From IMG/VR virus record IMGVR_UViG_3300049027_000140, positions 34,116 to 98,115 of that record: a stretch of DNA of 64,000 nucleotides, one strand, 5' to 3'. Under the pieces are notes generated by a model that did no database searches, had not been told where the DNA came from, and saw only the letters and a list, made by a program, of their open reading frames with translations. The stretch comes from a virus. Positions within the stretch are counted from its first letter, which is position 1. The number at the start of each line of letters is the position of its first letter. Positions 27,223 to 35,967 of this stretch are shown one piece after another. Position numbers and translations under genes: made by a program.

Positions 27223-28055
27223 GCGGCCCCCTTCTGCCGCAGCGCGCAGTTCGGCGGGCACGTCCGGTGGCACGCTCCCGCGGGCGCGCCCTCCTTCTCG
27301 GCCAACCGGTGGCGAGCCTTCTCGAGCGCCCCGTTGAGGCGCGTGCGGTCCGCCTCCACCGTGTCGATCGCGTAGAGCAGATCCCGGAACTCGGCCTCGT
27401 GGTGCTCGTGCGGGACCTCGAGACGAGCCTGGATCACACGGGCCCACGTCTCCCCGTCGTGTGTCGCGTGCAGGTGCGCGGTCAGCGCGAGGACGACGGA
27501 CTCGAGCGCGGCTACCTCGCGAGAGACACGGCGGGTCAATGCGTCGAAGCTGCGACCCCCGCGCTTGAACGAGATGGCCGCCGGGAAGAAGTCCCGGATG
27601 TCGCGCTCGGGAATCCGCGTAGCCCTGACCGTCGGCGTGCGGCCGGGTCCCGTGCGGACGAGACCGAACATCGCCTCGATCTCCCACAGCCCGAAGTCCT
27701 CGGTGTGCGAGATGCACACCCGATCGAAGCGCTCGGTGAAGCGCGCGGCCTCCTGAAGACCCGTTGCGATCTTGACCACCGCGTCGCCCAGAAACCGCCA
27801 CTCCCTGAACTGGGCCATGTACTGGCCAGGCACCTCGCCGTCGTAGAGGTCGTGGCTGATCTGGACGAGTTCAGCCCGATCCCCCTCTGTGGCAGCGATC
27901 ATGATGGCACGCCGCCCGGGGTGCTCGATGCGCCAGAAGGCGGCGCGAACGAGGATCTCCCGCTTCCGACGGCTGCGCTCGCCTTCGAGCATGAGGCATT
28001 CCTCGTCCCCCTCCACGAAGCGCGCCTCGAAGCTCTCGAGCGTGGCGTCGGTCAT
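27219..28055 (-). CDS. Degenerate Terminase_6-like ATPase-domain protein with helical C-terminus
   Basis: Motif order of a terminase ATPase (EHPG.RAI..T, S.DLY, W.F, FD, VRAT..P) with Walker A/B degraded; coupled to both endolysins. Confidence 0.6.
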   Translation of the reverse strand: MTDATLESFEARFVEGDEECLMLEGERSRRKREILVRAAFWRIEHPGRRAIMIAATEGDRAELVQISHDLYDGEVPGQYMAQFREWRFLGDAVVKIATGLQEAARFTERFDRVCISHTEDFGLWEIEAMFGLVRTGPGRTPTVRATRIPERDIRDFFPAAISFKRGGRSFDALTRRVSREVAALESVVLALTAHLHATHDGETWARVIQARLEVPHEHHEAEFRDLLYAIDTVEADRTRLNGALEKARHRLAEKEGAPAGACHRTCPPNCALRQKGAA

Positions 28056-29470
28056 CCGTCGAGCCATCCAGCGCCGCGGAATTTCGGGTCCCGGAGATCA
28101 CGATCCATCTCGGCCACGCGGTCACCCTTCGCTCCGCTGTTGCCCTCGACCGTTTTGACCTTCGTGCCGCTGACGGTCCGGCGCTTGATGCCGACGTGGC
28201 CGCGCCAATCGTCGCGCGTCGTGCGGTCCCAGAATATGAGCATCCCGTCGCGGAGTTTGAGCGGGTCCTTGAGCAGATCGTCGGCGTCGATGAAGCGCCC
28301 GGCGCGCCGGAACTGCGCCTCGAGCGTCTTCGCGCCCGCGCTCCCGATGACGGGCGCCACGGTACCAATCGCCTCTGCCGCGTCGAGGATCCACGAACTC
28401 GCCGTGACGGAGCACCAGTCAGCAGGCGGCTCGATGTCGAAGCGGCGGAGATATTGCCCGATGCGCTCGCCGTCGTTGGGCCGCTCCTCGCAGACGCCGG
28501 CCTCGAGGTCGGCCACGGCGCGCGCGAGCGCGGCGGCCGCGAGTCCATCGGGCGGCGCCGCCGGCTGCGGCCGAGGCCGCACCATCTCCGCGGCGGCCCG
28601 CGTCTTCGGCCCGACCACACCGTCGGCCTTGAGGTGTGCGTCGCCCTGGAACTCCTTCGTGGCGCGCTCGACCAGCGGCCCGAACGCGCCATCAGGCGCG
28701 CCGGGGTCGTAGCCCAGGGCGATCAGGCGCTCCTGCCAGGCGAGAACGTCGGGCCCCTTCGCGCCGCGCTTGAGCGCCCGCGGCGGCTCGCGCTCGGTCG
28801 AGGGTGGCTCCGGCGTGTCGCGGCTCTCGGTCGGCGCTGCGCCCCCGCTCGCCATGGCGTCCGCCGCGAACGTGGGCCCCCACCCATCGCGCGCGGCGAC
28901 GTGCTCGGCCTTGTCGTCTGTCGCGACGTTGTGCGCGCGCACGAGAAAGCGCCCGCCCTGCCCACCGGCGAGCTTCAGGACCTCCTCGGCGACCTTCGTC
29001 GTGCTCGCTACGTTGCCGTAGGTCCGGACGTCCGTGTGCCCGATCCAGAGCGTCGAGCGCCCCGCCTTCGCCTCACGCGCCCAGTCGACCAGCCACTGCA
29101 CGCCCGCGTCGCTCGCGGTGTTGTCGCGGTCCAGCGTCGTGTGCCCGCCGTCGAGCAGCACGAGGCCGGCGAGCTCGGCGCGGTCGGCCGGCCGCATGGC
29201 GCGTGCGAGGGCGTAGGAGCCCGACCAGCAGACGAGCCACGTCGAGGCGTAGCCCTGCCGCGGCGGCTTGTACTTCGCGAGAAGGCCGGGTAGCACGCGG
29301 CCGTTCTGGAGGCAGGCGTGGGCCAGCGCGTCGTAGGCGGCGCTCATGCCGGCGTACGGCGAGCGGATCGGCACGACGTCCACGTCGAGACCACGAGCCG
29401 CGGCGGCAGCGCCGAACATGGGCGCGACGTCCGGCGTGGCGTGCGCGAGGAGGATGAGGTGGTGGCTCAC
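28052..29470 (-). CDS. Endolysin 1: alpha/beta-hydrolase-like domain, PG-binding domain and CHAP amidase
   Basis: LVCWSGSY..GLVLLDGGH; DGAFGP..FQ..L.ADGVVGPKT; DWCSVTASSW..GHVGI..TVEGN. Confidence 0.82.
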   Translation of the reverse strand: MSHHLILLAHATPDVAPMFGAAAAARGLDVDVVPIRSPYAGMSAAYDALAHACLQNGRVLPGLLAKYKPPRQGYASTWLVCWSGSYALARAMRPADRAELAGLVLLDGGHTTLDRDNTASDAGVQWLVDWAREAKAGRSTLWIGHTDVRTYGNVASTTKVAEEVLKLAGGQGGRFLVRAHNVATDDKAEHVAARDGWGPTFAADAMASGGAAPTESRDTPEPPSTEREPPRALKRGAKGPDVLAWQERLIALGYDPGAPDGAFGPLVERATKEFQGDAHLKADGVVGPKTRAAAEMVRPRPQPAAPPDGLAAAALARAVADLEAGVCEERPNDGERIGQYLRRFDIEPPADWCSVTASSWILDAAEAIGTVAPVIGSAGAKTLEAQFRRAGRFIDADDLLKDPLKLRDGMLIFWDRTTRDDWRGHVGIKRRTVSGTKVKTVEGNSGAKGDRVAEMDRDLRDPKFRGAGWLDG

Positions 29471-29802
29471 GGGGTGGCTCTTGGCGGCGGGATGGTCAGC
29501 GCGTCCGGCTCGGTCGGGTCGGGGTCCGGCGGCTCCTCGCCACGCAGGGCGGTGCCAGGGAGCGGCCGCGAGGGAGCGCTCGCTCCCGGCGTAGCTCGGC
29601 TGAGCCGCTCGTCGATGCCGGCGTGGCCCCGCGCCGTGATGTCGGCGTCGGCGCGCTTGGGGAAGTTGTCCGTCCTGCGCGGCGTGGGCGTGGCCGGTTT
29701 CGGGGTCGGCTTGGCGGCCACGCGGTTCACGAGGAAGGCGCCGATCGCGGCGACAGCGACCTCGGCGAGGAGCGTGCCCAGTTTGTCCCAGGGGAACTTC
29801 AC
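29467..29802 (-). CDS. Small membrane-anchored Pro-rich protein (lysis cassette)
   Basis: N-terminal hydrophobic helix; GTGA coupling. Confidence 0.5.
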   Translation of the reverse strand: MKFPWDKLGTLLAEVAVAAIGAFLVNRVAAKPTPKPATPTPRRTDNFPKRADADITARGHAGIDERLSRATPGASAPSRPLPGTALRGEEPPDPDPTEPDALTIPPPRATP

Positions 29803-30305
29803 GAGCAGGCCTCCATTGCGCCCTGGTTGGGCGTGATGGCGGCTTGCCGCGGCGCTGGCGCCCGCGGCTGCCCGAGCGTCTCGATGGCGCGCCAGAGGTC
29901 CTCGCTCGCGATCGCGAGGCGGACGACGGCCTGCCCGAGCACCAGCGCGTTGGGCCGGCGCCCTGCTGCGACGGCGGCGCGCGCGGTCTCCGCGGTGGCC
30001 TTCGCGACGAAATAGGCGGCCTTGATCGCGTCGTAGGCGTCCCAGGCTGGCAGGTAGCGGGCGTGGAGTTCGGCGATCTGGCGGTGGCCCGTCGCGGCAT
30101 CCGGCGCGGTCGCCTCGATCCGCTCGCGCTCGGCGTCGTGCATCGCCTTGAGCACGCGGTGCCCCTCGGTGATGGCCACGGCGGCGGCGTCCAGTGCGTC
30201 GTCCACGTCGGCGAAGGCGTCGGCGGTCTGCGCCTGGCTCTGGCTGCCGGCGCACCCCGAGAGCAGCGCCAGCGCGAACACGGCGAGCAGGACGAGCGCC
30301 TTCAC
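29799..30305 (-). CDS. Lipoprotein, spanin candidate
   Basis: MKALVLLAVFALALLSGC lipobox; helical body; within lysis cassette. Confidence 0.65.
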   Translation of the reverse strand: MKALVLLAVFALALLSGCAGSQSQAQTADAFADVDDALDAAAVAITEGHRVLKAMHDAERERIEATAPDAATGHRQIAELHARYLPAWDAYDAIKAAYFVAKATAETARAAVAAGRRPNALVLGQAVVRLAIASEDLWRAIETLGQPRAPAPRQAAITPNQGAMEACS

Positions 30306-30724
30306 CGCGGCTCCTTGCCGGGCAAGGACATCGCCACCGGAGGCGCCTCCGGGATCGTGTCCTGCGGCGCGCCAGGCTCCAGCGAGAGCGGCACGTCGAG
30401 TTCGGGGATGGGCGACGGCGCGGCGGCGGGTGGCACCGCGGGCGCGTTCGCCTTCGCCGCCTCCGCCTGCGCGAGCATCGCTCGGACGTCAGCGACCGCC
30501 TTCGCCAGGTTCTTGAGCTCGGCGATGAAGCGCACGTGGTCTCCGGAGAAGAACGCGGCGAGCGCCCCGCATACGGCGCCGACAACGAGCGACCACAGCT
30601 TCACCGACGGGTGCGCGCCAGCCGCTTCCGCGACGGCGTAGGCGATGAAGCCGAACGCGCTGAAGAAGCCCAGGAGCGACGAGCGCCAGGACTGCGTGAT
30701 CGAGCCGTTGAACTTCAGGTCCAT
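30302..30724 (-). CDS. Two-TM holin candidate
   Basis: Two hydrophobic helices; upstream of lysins. Confidence 0.55.
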   Translation of the reverse strand: MDLKFNGSITQSWRSSLLGFFSAFGFIAYAVAEAAGAHPSVKLWSLVVGAVCGALAAFFSGDHVRFIAELKNLAKAVADVRAMLAQAEAAKANAPAVPPAAAPSPIPELDVPLSLEPGAPQDTIPEAPPVAMSLPGKEPR

Positions 30725-31242
30725 CACTTCACCCTCGGCAGCGGCATCATGGGCGCGGCCGCCGCCGACGACGCCTCCGCCGGCGGCAGGATTCCCGGCG
30801 GGCAGCAGACGCCGCTGCGGCAGCTGTCCGAGCCGTCGCTCACATCGCACGGCGTCCCGTCGGCCAGCACCGTCCAGCGGCACGTGCCGCGCCGGCCGTA
30901 CGGGTCCGGAGGGCTGTGCGGCTCCGCGAGGTCGCAGACGTCCTGGCTGCACTGGCTGCCGTCGAAGCAATCGGAGTCGTTCTCGCAGGTCGTGTGCTTC
31001 GGCGCGCGGACCTCGCAGCCGCCGGGCTCACGCGGGCCCTCCGAGGCGCCCGCAGACGTCGAGGCGACGCTCGCGGCCGCGCTCTCAGCGGTCTCCGCGG
31101 CGCCGCCAGCACCGGAGGCGCCGACGCTGGTCGAGGTGGTGGCCTCCGGCTGCGGGCCGGGCTCGGGGCGGCAGGTGGCGATCAGGGCGCACAGCGCGAG
31201 CGTCGCCGCCCCGCCGATGGGGTACAGGGTGGATCTCTGCAT
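30724..31242 (-). CDS. Exported Cys-rich protein (myxobacterial type)
   Basis: Signal-like N-terminus, Ser/Ala linker, C..DSDC.DG..CS.DVC..DGTPC. Confidence 0.6.
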   Translation of the reverse strand: MQRSTLYPIGGAATLALCALIATCRPEPGPQPEATTSTSVGASGAGGAAETAESAAASVASTSAGASEGPREPGGCEVRAPKHTTCENDSDCFDGSQCSQDVCDLAEPHSPPDPYGRRGTCRWTVLADGTPCDVSDGSDSCRSGVCCPPGILPPAEASSAAAAPMMPLPRVK

Positions 31243-31319
31243 CAGGTCTCTGTGAGGTTGGTTTCAAAGAGCGGAGGCGCGACTGGGCGAACCCGGCAGC
31301 GCCGTGCTATCGGTCGGGG

Positions 31320-31574
31320 ATGACCGAGAAAAAGGCTCAATATGCAGGAGTGCGGTGGCAGTACGCTCTGTTCGCCCAGCTGGGCGACACGATCGCGACC
31401 ACGAAGGAGCTGAATAGACTGGGCGCAGATGGCTGGGAGGCCTACGCCGTTCTGCTCGACAACAACGGTGAGCGCGTCCACTTCTTCAAGCGCCCCATCG
31501 CCATCGATCCGCCCCCGGATGGCGGCCGCGCCGCTCGTCCTGCTCCCATCGACCCGCCGCCCGATGGCGGCTGA
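31320..31574 (+). CDS. DUF4177-family protein with duplicated IDPPPDGG tail (moron)
   Basis: RWQY..ELNRLGADGWE..FFKRP; TGCTATCGG 6 nt before ATG. Confidence 0.75.
   Translation: MTEKKAQYAGVRWQYALFAQLGDTIATTKELNRLGADGWEAYAVLLDNNGERVHFFKRPIAIDPPPDGGRAARPAPIDPPPDGG
31501..31571 (+). repeat. 26-bp imperfect direct repeat encoding IDPPPDGG twice
   Basis: 31501-31526 and 31546-31571. Confidence 0.8.
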
Positions 31575-31613
31575 CCGCGCCCGCAGCGCCATGCCGTGGT
31601 AAGCCTCGGCGGC

Positions 31614-32276
31614 GTGACGCCGCTCTCCCCGCTCACTCTCATCCTCGCCGCCTGCGTCGTGCTGGCGTGGGCTCTCGCCCGCGGCTGGCGCGGACGCCCG
31701 CAGTGGCCGTTCTATCGGCCCGTGGCGCTGCTGCTCTCGTGGGCGCTCGCGACGTCTATCGCCCGTGGCGCCATCCAGCACTGGGCGCTGAACCCGGCGC
31801 GTGAGGCGATCGGGCCGGAAGCGCCGTACAGCGGCCAGGGCCACGCCTGGTACCTCGCCGAGGTGGCCATCCGGCTCTCGTGGCCCTTCGCGATCTTCGG
31901 CGCGACGCTGGCCGTGTACCTGCGGCGCCGGCCGTGGTGGCTTGTGCCAGCGTGGGCGGTCGCCGCCGCGGCGCTCTGCTGGAGCTACCCGGAGGTCCGC
32001 CGAGAGCTCCAGTGGCACCTCGAGGCCGGCGTGGCCTCCGCCTGCTGGTTGGCCTCAGCGTGGGCCGTGTGGCGCTGGTACGCGGGCGACGAGAGTGCGC
32101 CAGTGGCCTCGCACACGGCCATGATCCTCGTGCTCGCGGCCCAGCTGTCGGTGCTCGCCGTGACGCAGTGGAGCGGCAATCCGGTGGAGCACTGGACGAG
32201 CGCCCGTGTCACACACGGCGTCATGTACGCGGCCGTGCTAGTTTACCAGGCGCGGAAGTTCTGGGGGGAACGCTGA
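31614..32276 (+). CDS. Polytopic membrane protein, about 7 TM (moron)
   Basis: Multiple Trp/Ala-rich hydrophobic helices. Confidence 0.7.
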   Translation: MTPLSPLTLILAACVVLAWALARGWRGRPQWPFYRPVALLLSWALATSIARGAIQHWALNPAREAIGPEAPYSGQGHAWYLAEVAIRLSWPFAIFGATLAVYLRRRPWWLVPAWAVAAAALCWSYPEVRRELQWHLEAGVASACWLASAWAVWRWYAGDESAPVASHTAMILVLAAQLSVLAVTQWSGNPVEHWTSARVTHGVMYAAVLVYQARKFWGER

Positions 32277-32554
32277 TGGATGTACAAGCCCAGATCGCCG
32301 AACTGCTCAACACCGTCAGGATCGGAGGAGGCGTCGCGCTCGCGGTTCTCGCGGCCACGGCTGGCGCCAACTTCCTGACCTTCCGGCGGCTTCGACGACT
32401 GGAGGACCGTCAGGAGCGCCTCGTGCAATGGCAGGAGCAGCACCGGCCGGCCCTCGAGCGCCTCGCTCTGGAGCAAGACGCCTCCTCCGACCCCGCGCGC
32501 GCGGCCGCGGTGAAGCGTCCGCAGCGCGGCGGCAGCCGAGAAGCGCCGCTCTAG
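32276..32554 (+). CDS. Single-TM small protein
   Basis: TGATG coupling; one TM followed by a coiled segment. Confidence 0.55.
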   Translation: MDVQAQIAELLNTVRIGGGVALAVLAATAGANFLTFRRLRRLEDRQERLVQWQEQHRPALERLALEQDASSDPARAAAVKRPQRGGSREAPL

Positions 32555-32727
32555 CCCGGCGGCGCCGACGGCGCTGGGTCGCGGAACGGCGGCGGGCGGC
32601 GCGCAGCGAGACGCAGCAGCCCGTCGAGGCTGCGGTTCATCTTGCGGAGCTCGGCCTCGATCTCGTCGATGCCGGCCTCCTCGGGCGCGGGCGGCTCGCT
32701 GGGCACGGCAGGCTTCTCGTCCGGCAT
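32551..32727 (-). CDS. Small hypothetical protein
   Basis: TGATG coupling with upstream gene. Confidence 0.45.
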   Translation of the reverse strand: MPDEKPAVPSEPPAPEEAGIDEIEAELRKMNRSLDGLLRLAARRPPPFRDPAPSAPPG

Positions 32728-33275
32728 CAGCGCCTCCGGCTCCCGGGGCCGCCGCCGTTGATCCAGCCGTCGAGCCACCCCTCGAGCTTGGCCAGGCGCT
32801 CGGCGAAGTCCTTGATCCCGCGCAGCACCGTGGCCTTGAGCCGCTCGAAGGCGCGCGCGAGTCGGTCGAGGCGCTCGGCGAGTCGGGTGGTCTCCGCCTT
32901 CGCCTCGGCCACCTCGCGCAGCACCTCGGCTCGCAGGTCGGCGATGCGGGCGTCAACCTCGGCGCGGCTCGGCACATCGCCGGGGATCGACGGCGCCGGC
33001 GCGCGCTGGGCCTGCGCGGGCCGCAGCGCCGCGGGCTCACGCTGCGTGGCCGGCTCGTCGGTGGCCTCCGGGAGCGCCGGCGGCGGGGCCACGGGGTGCT
33101 GGCGCTCCAGCTTCCTGGACTCGCGGCGATCGGCGGAGATCTTGAGGTACATGTCGACCACCAGCGGACCGTACTTCGCGACGACCGCTCCGGCCGCCGA
33201 GGTGACCGCGAGCCAGAAGGGGAACCAGCCGTACGAGTCCTGCGCGATGGGCTTCAGCGGCTCGATGGGGCTCAC
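32727..33275 (-). CDS. Single-TM coiled-coil protein (holin-like)
   Basis: N-terminal TM FPFWLAVTSAAGAVV, C-terminal coiled coil. Confidence 0.5.
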   Translation of the reverse strand: MSPIEPLKPIAQDSYGWFPFWLAVTSAAGAVVAKYGPLVVDMYLKISADRRESRKLERQHPVAPPPALPEATDEPATQREPAALRPAQAQRAPAPSIPGDVPSRAEVDARIADLRAEVLREVAEAKAETTRLAERLDRLARAFERLKATVLRGIKDFAERLAKLEGWLDGWINGGGPGSRRR

Positions 33276-33312
33276 GCTGGCGGCGCCGCCGCGCGCTGGC
33301 TCGGGGTGAGGC

Positions 33313-34290
33313 TCACGAGCCTTCCTCCCACGGCTCGAGCGTGATCACGAGCACTCCAGCCGGCATGATCACGCCTGTCCCCACCTTGGTGAGGCTGAAG
33401 CTCAGGTAGTAGTTCTCGTCCAACGGCAGCTCCGCCATGAACTCCTGGAGAGTCAGCGTGGCCGGGAGAAACGCCGTCCATGTCCCCGTCGAGTTGCTTC
33501 CTGACGGAGTCGTGCTGCCAATGGCGGCGTACGTAAGCGCTGAACCGTCGAACACCTGCCGGACGCGCACAGACAAGGTGGCGTAATTGGTGGCGTTGGC
33601 GGCCACCCCTGAGCGTGGATAGAACTTGGCGCCAACGAATCGCCACTGCCCCGTAAACACACCGCAGATCGGGTATTCGACGGTTTCATCCCCCGCCGCC
33701 GTGTCGCTGTGCTCCTTGTGGACGCGGATCTCTTGGGTGCGGAGGGTCTCCAGCAGCGGGCTCGACACAGTGACCTCGCCGCCGGTCTCCTCCGCCACGA
33801 TCTCGCCGGAGCCAACGACGGAGGTGACGCCGCCGCCTCCTCCGCCCAGCCCGGCCTCGATGATCCGCAGGTTCGCGCGCTGGTGCTTCGCCCACTTCTC
33901 GGCGCTCCCGCCGAACTGCCCCGCCTCGCGATGCCCTAGGTCCAGCAGCCCGCTCGGGCTCGGCACGGAGATCGCGGTGGCCTCGTCCACGGCAGCCCCG
34001 CCGTTGACGATGAGCCTGGTCATGTACTTGCCCCACAGGCTCAGCGTGACGGGCTGAGGCGCCGTGCGACCGAGGACGTAGAAGACCGTGTGGCCGTCGA
34101 CCGTGGAACTCGTCCATCCGGTAGGCGTCGGGTAGCCCGGCGGCGCGGAGAGCTCGAGCCTCGCGCCGCTCCAGCCGGTCGTGTTGAGGAACGAGAACTG
34201 CACCTCGTCGTCGAGGGCCGCGGTGATGCCGCCGGTCGTCGGCGCGCCGCCGTTCACGCTGGCGAGCAGCGTGGCGTTCAGGTTGGGCAT
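33313..34290 (-). CDS. Tail fibre/receptor-binding protein
   Basis: Poly-Gly hinge, GVTSV motif, C-terminal jelly-roll-like domain of lower GC. Confidence 0.65.
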   Translation of the reverse strand: MPNLNATLLASVNGGAPTTGGITAALDDEVQFSFLNTTGWSGARLELSAPPGYPTPTGWTSSTVDGHTVFYVLGRTAPQPVTLSLWGKYMTRLIVNGGAAVDEATAISVPSPSGLLDLGHREAGQFGGSAEKWAKHQRANLRIIEAGLGGGGGGVTSVVGSGEIVAEETGGEVTVSSPLLETLRTQEIRVHKEHSDTAAGDETVEYPICGVFTGQWRFVGAKFYPRSGVAANATNYATLSVRVRQVFDGSALTYAAIGSTTPSGSNSTGTWTAFLPATLTLQEFMAELPLDENYYLSFSLTKVGTGVIMPAGVLVITLEPWEEGS

Positions 34291-34435
34291 GTGGTGTCCG
34301 GGTCCGAAATGCAGGCGGCCCGCGCTCCGGAGAGGCGGGCCGCTGGGGGGGGGCGTTGGAGGTGGAGGCTGGTTCGCCAGATACTGAACGCGCGTCACGT
34401 AGACCACGCCTGGCGGGCGTCGCTAGTCTGCGGAC

Positions 34436-35455
34436 ATGACCGGCCGCGTGATCCTCGGAACGGCGCTATTCGGGACAGTCGCCGCGTTTCTAGGTGCGGC
34501 GGTCGTCACAAGGACGCTCAGCCCCGAGCCTACCCGCAACGCCTACGTCGAGCGCGAGGTGTCGCCGCCGACCAGCGCGGCACCACCTTCGCCGCCAGCA
34601 CCCACCCAGGACCCGGCGATCGCCGTCAGCGCCACCTACGAGGCGCAGTACGCCGGTGCGAAGCCCGAAGCCCGGGCGTCCGCCGTCCGGGCGTGCATCC
34701 TGGGCTCAACGTGCCCGCAGGCGCAGCTCGACGGCATCATCGCCGCCGGCGCCCATGAGCGCGAGCGGGAGGAGCTGCGCCGGCTGAGTCACGCGTGGGG
34801 CGCGCACGTCGCGGCCAAGGGCGGCACGGACGGGGAGCAGCTCAGCGCCCTCGCTGTCACGACCGCTGCGCTTCAGCTGGAGGAGTGCGGCATCGCCGAG
34901 CTGAAGAAGCTCGACTGGACGACCCAGGGCGAGGCCGACAAGGACATCGGCGGCGCCCGCGGGAAGATGATCAACGTCTACGGCCGCGTGAACCAGATCA
35001 GGAAGGACGGCGACCTCCACTGGGGCACCATGGGCACCTCCGCCGGGTGGGTCTATTTCGTTGTAGTTGGCCTCACCAATGGCGTGGTCGCCGGGCGATC
35101 CGCGGAGATCGCCGGCATGGTGGTGCAGCGGTACAACTACGCGAACACCATGGGCGGGCTCACCGATTCGATCCTTGTCGTAGGCCGCGTCCGAGGCCAG
35201 TCTGACAACGACAAGCCGCTGCCGCCGGCGCCATCACGAAGCGCCGCGCTTGCATCGGCGCCGACGGGGCCGCGGAAGGCAACCGCGCCGCCGAGCCCTG
35301 CCGTTTCTGCGCCCCCGGCCGCGCCGGCGGCGCCTCCTCCCGAGCGACGGTCCGGCGTACTCGACGATCGCCCGCCGCCACCGCCCAAAGCCCAGGCGCA
35401 GCCCGAGGCAGCCACAGCGCCGGCAGGGGCAGCTACCGCTGCCGCTGAAAACTGA
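34436..35455 (+). CDS. Membrane-anchored protein with OB-fold-like domain (moron)
   Basis: N-terminal TM; RGKMINVYGRVNQI..YNYANT.GG..LVVG; TAGTCT 6 nt before ATG. Confidence 0.65.
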   Translation: MTGRVILGTALFGTVAAFLGAAVVTRTLSPEPTRNAYVEREVSPPTSAAPPSPPAPTQDPAIAVSATYEAQYAGAKPEARASAVRACILGSTCPQAQLDGIIAAGAHEREREELRRLSHAWGAHVAAKGGTDGEQLSALAVTTAALQLEECGIAELKKLDWTTQGEADKDIGGARGKMINVYGRVNQIRKDGDLHWGTMGTSAGWVYFVVVGLTNGVVAGRSAEIAGMVVQRYNYANTMGGLTDSILVVGRVRGQSDNDKPLPPAPSRSAALASAPTGPRKATAPPSPAVSAPPAAPAAPPPERRSGVLDDRPPPPPKAQAQPEAATAPAGAATAAAEN

Positions 35456-35532
35456 GCGCACACACGCCCACGTAACAGGCGGCCAGCGTGGCGGCCCTCG
35501 CCGCTCATGCGTATCCTGACGCCCGAGGTCCG

Positions 35533-35967
35533 ATGCTCGCCCTGCTGTTCACCCTGCTGCTCCTGGGCCCCTGCGCACCCTCCGAGGAGGAGCTCCTGTT
35601 TTGCGAAGGCTGCGCGGCGCTGGACCTTACCGAGGCGGAAGGCGGCGCAGGTGGCGACGCCGGGGCCGACCAAGGGGGCAGCGGCGGGGACCCGGGCGGG
35701 GCTGGGGGCGACGGCACGCCGCCGTGCGAGTGCGACGACGGCAACAGCTGCAACGGCGCGGAGACGTGCGCCGCCGATGGGTCCTGCGTCACGACCGGAG
35801 CACCGGTGCCGGCCGATGACCGGGATGCTTGCACCGACGATTTCTGCGACAACGGCGCGCCGGTGCACCAGGAGATCCCCATCGACGATGGGGACCCGTG
35901 CACCAAGGACTACTGCGATCACGACTTGGGGGTTCTCCACTACCCCATCGCCGCGTGCAGTGATTAG
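35533..35967 (+). CDS. Secreted Cys-rich repeat protein (CDDGxxCTxDxC repeats; moron)
   Basis: Signal peptide, Gly-rich linker, CDDGNSC, DDRDACTDDFC, DDGDPCTKDYC. Confidence 0.75.
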   Translation: MLALLFTLLLLGPCAPSEEELLFCEGCAALDLTEAEGGAGGDAGADQGGSGGDPGGAGGDGTPPCECDDGNSCNGAETCAADGSCVTTGAPVPADDRDACTDDFCDNGAPVHQEIPIDDGDPCTKDYCDHDLGVLHYPIAACSD

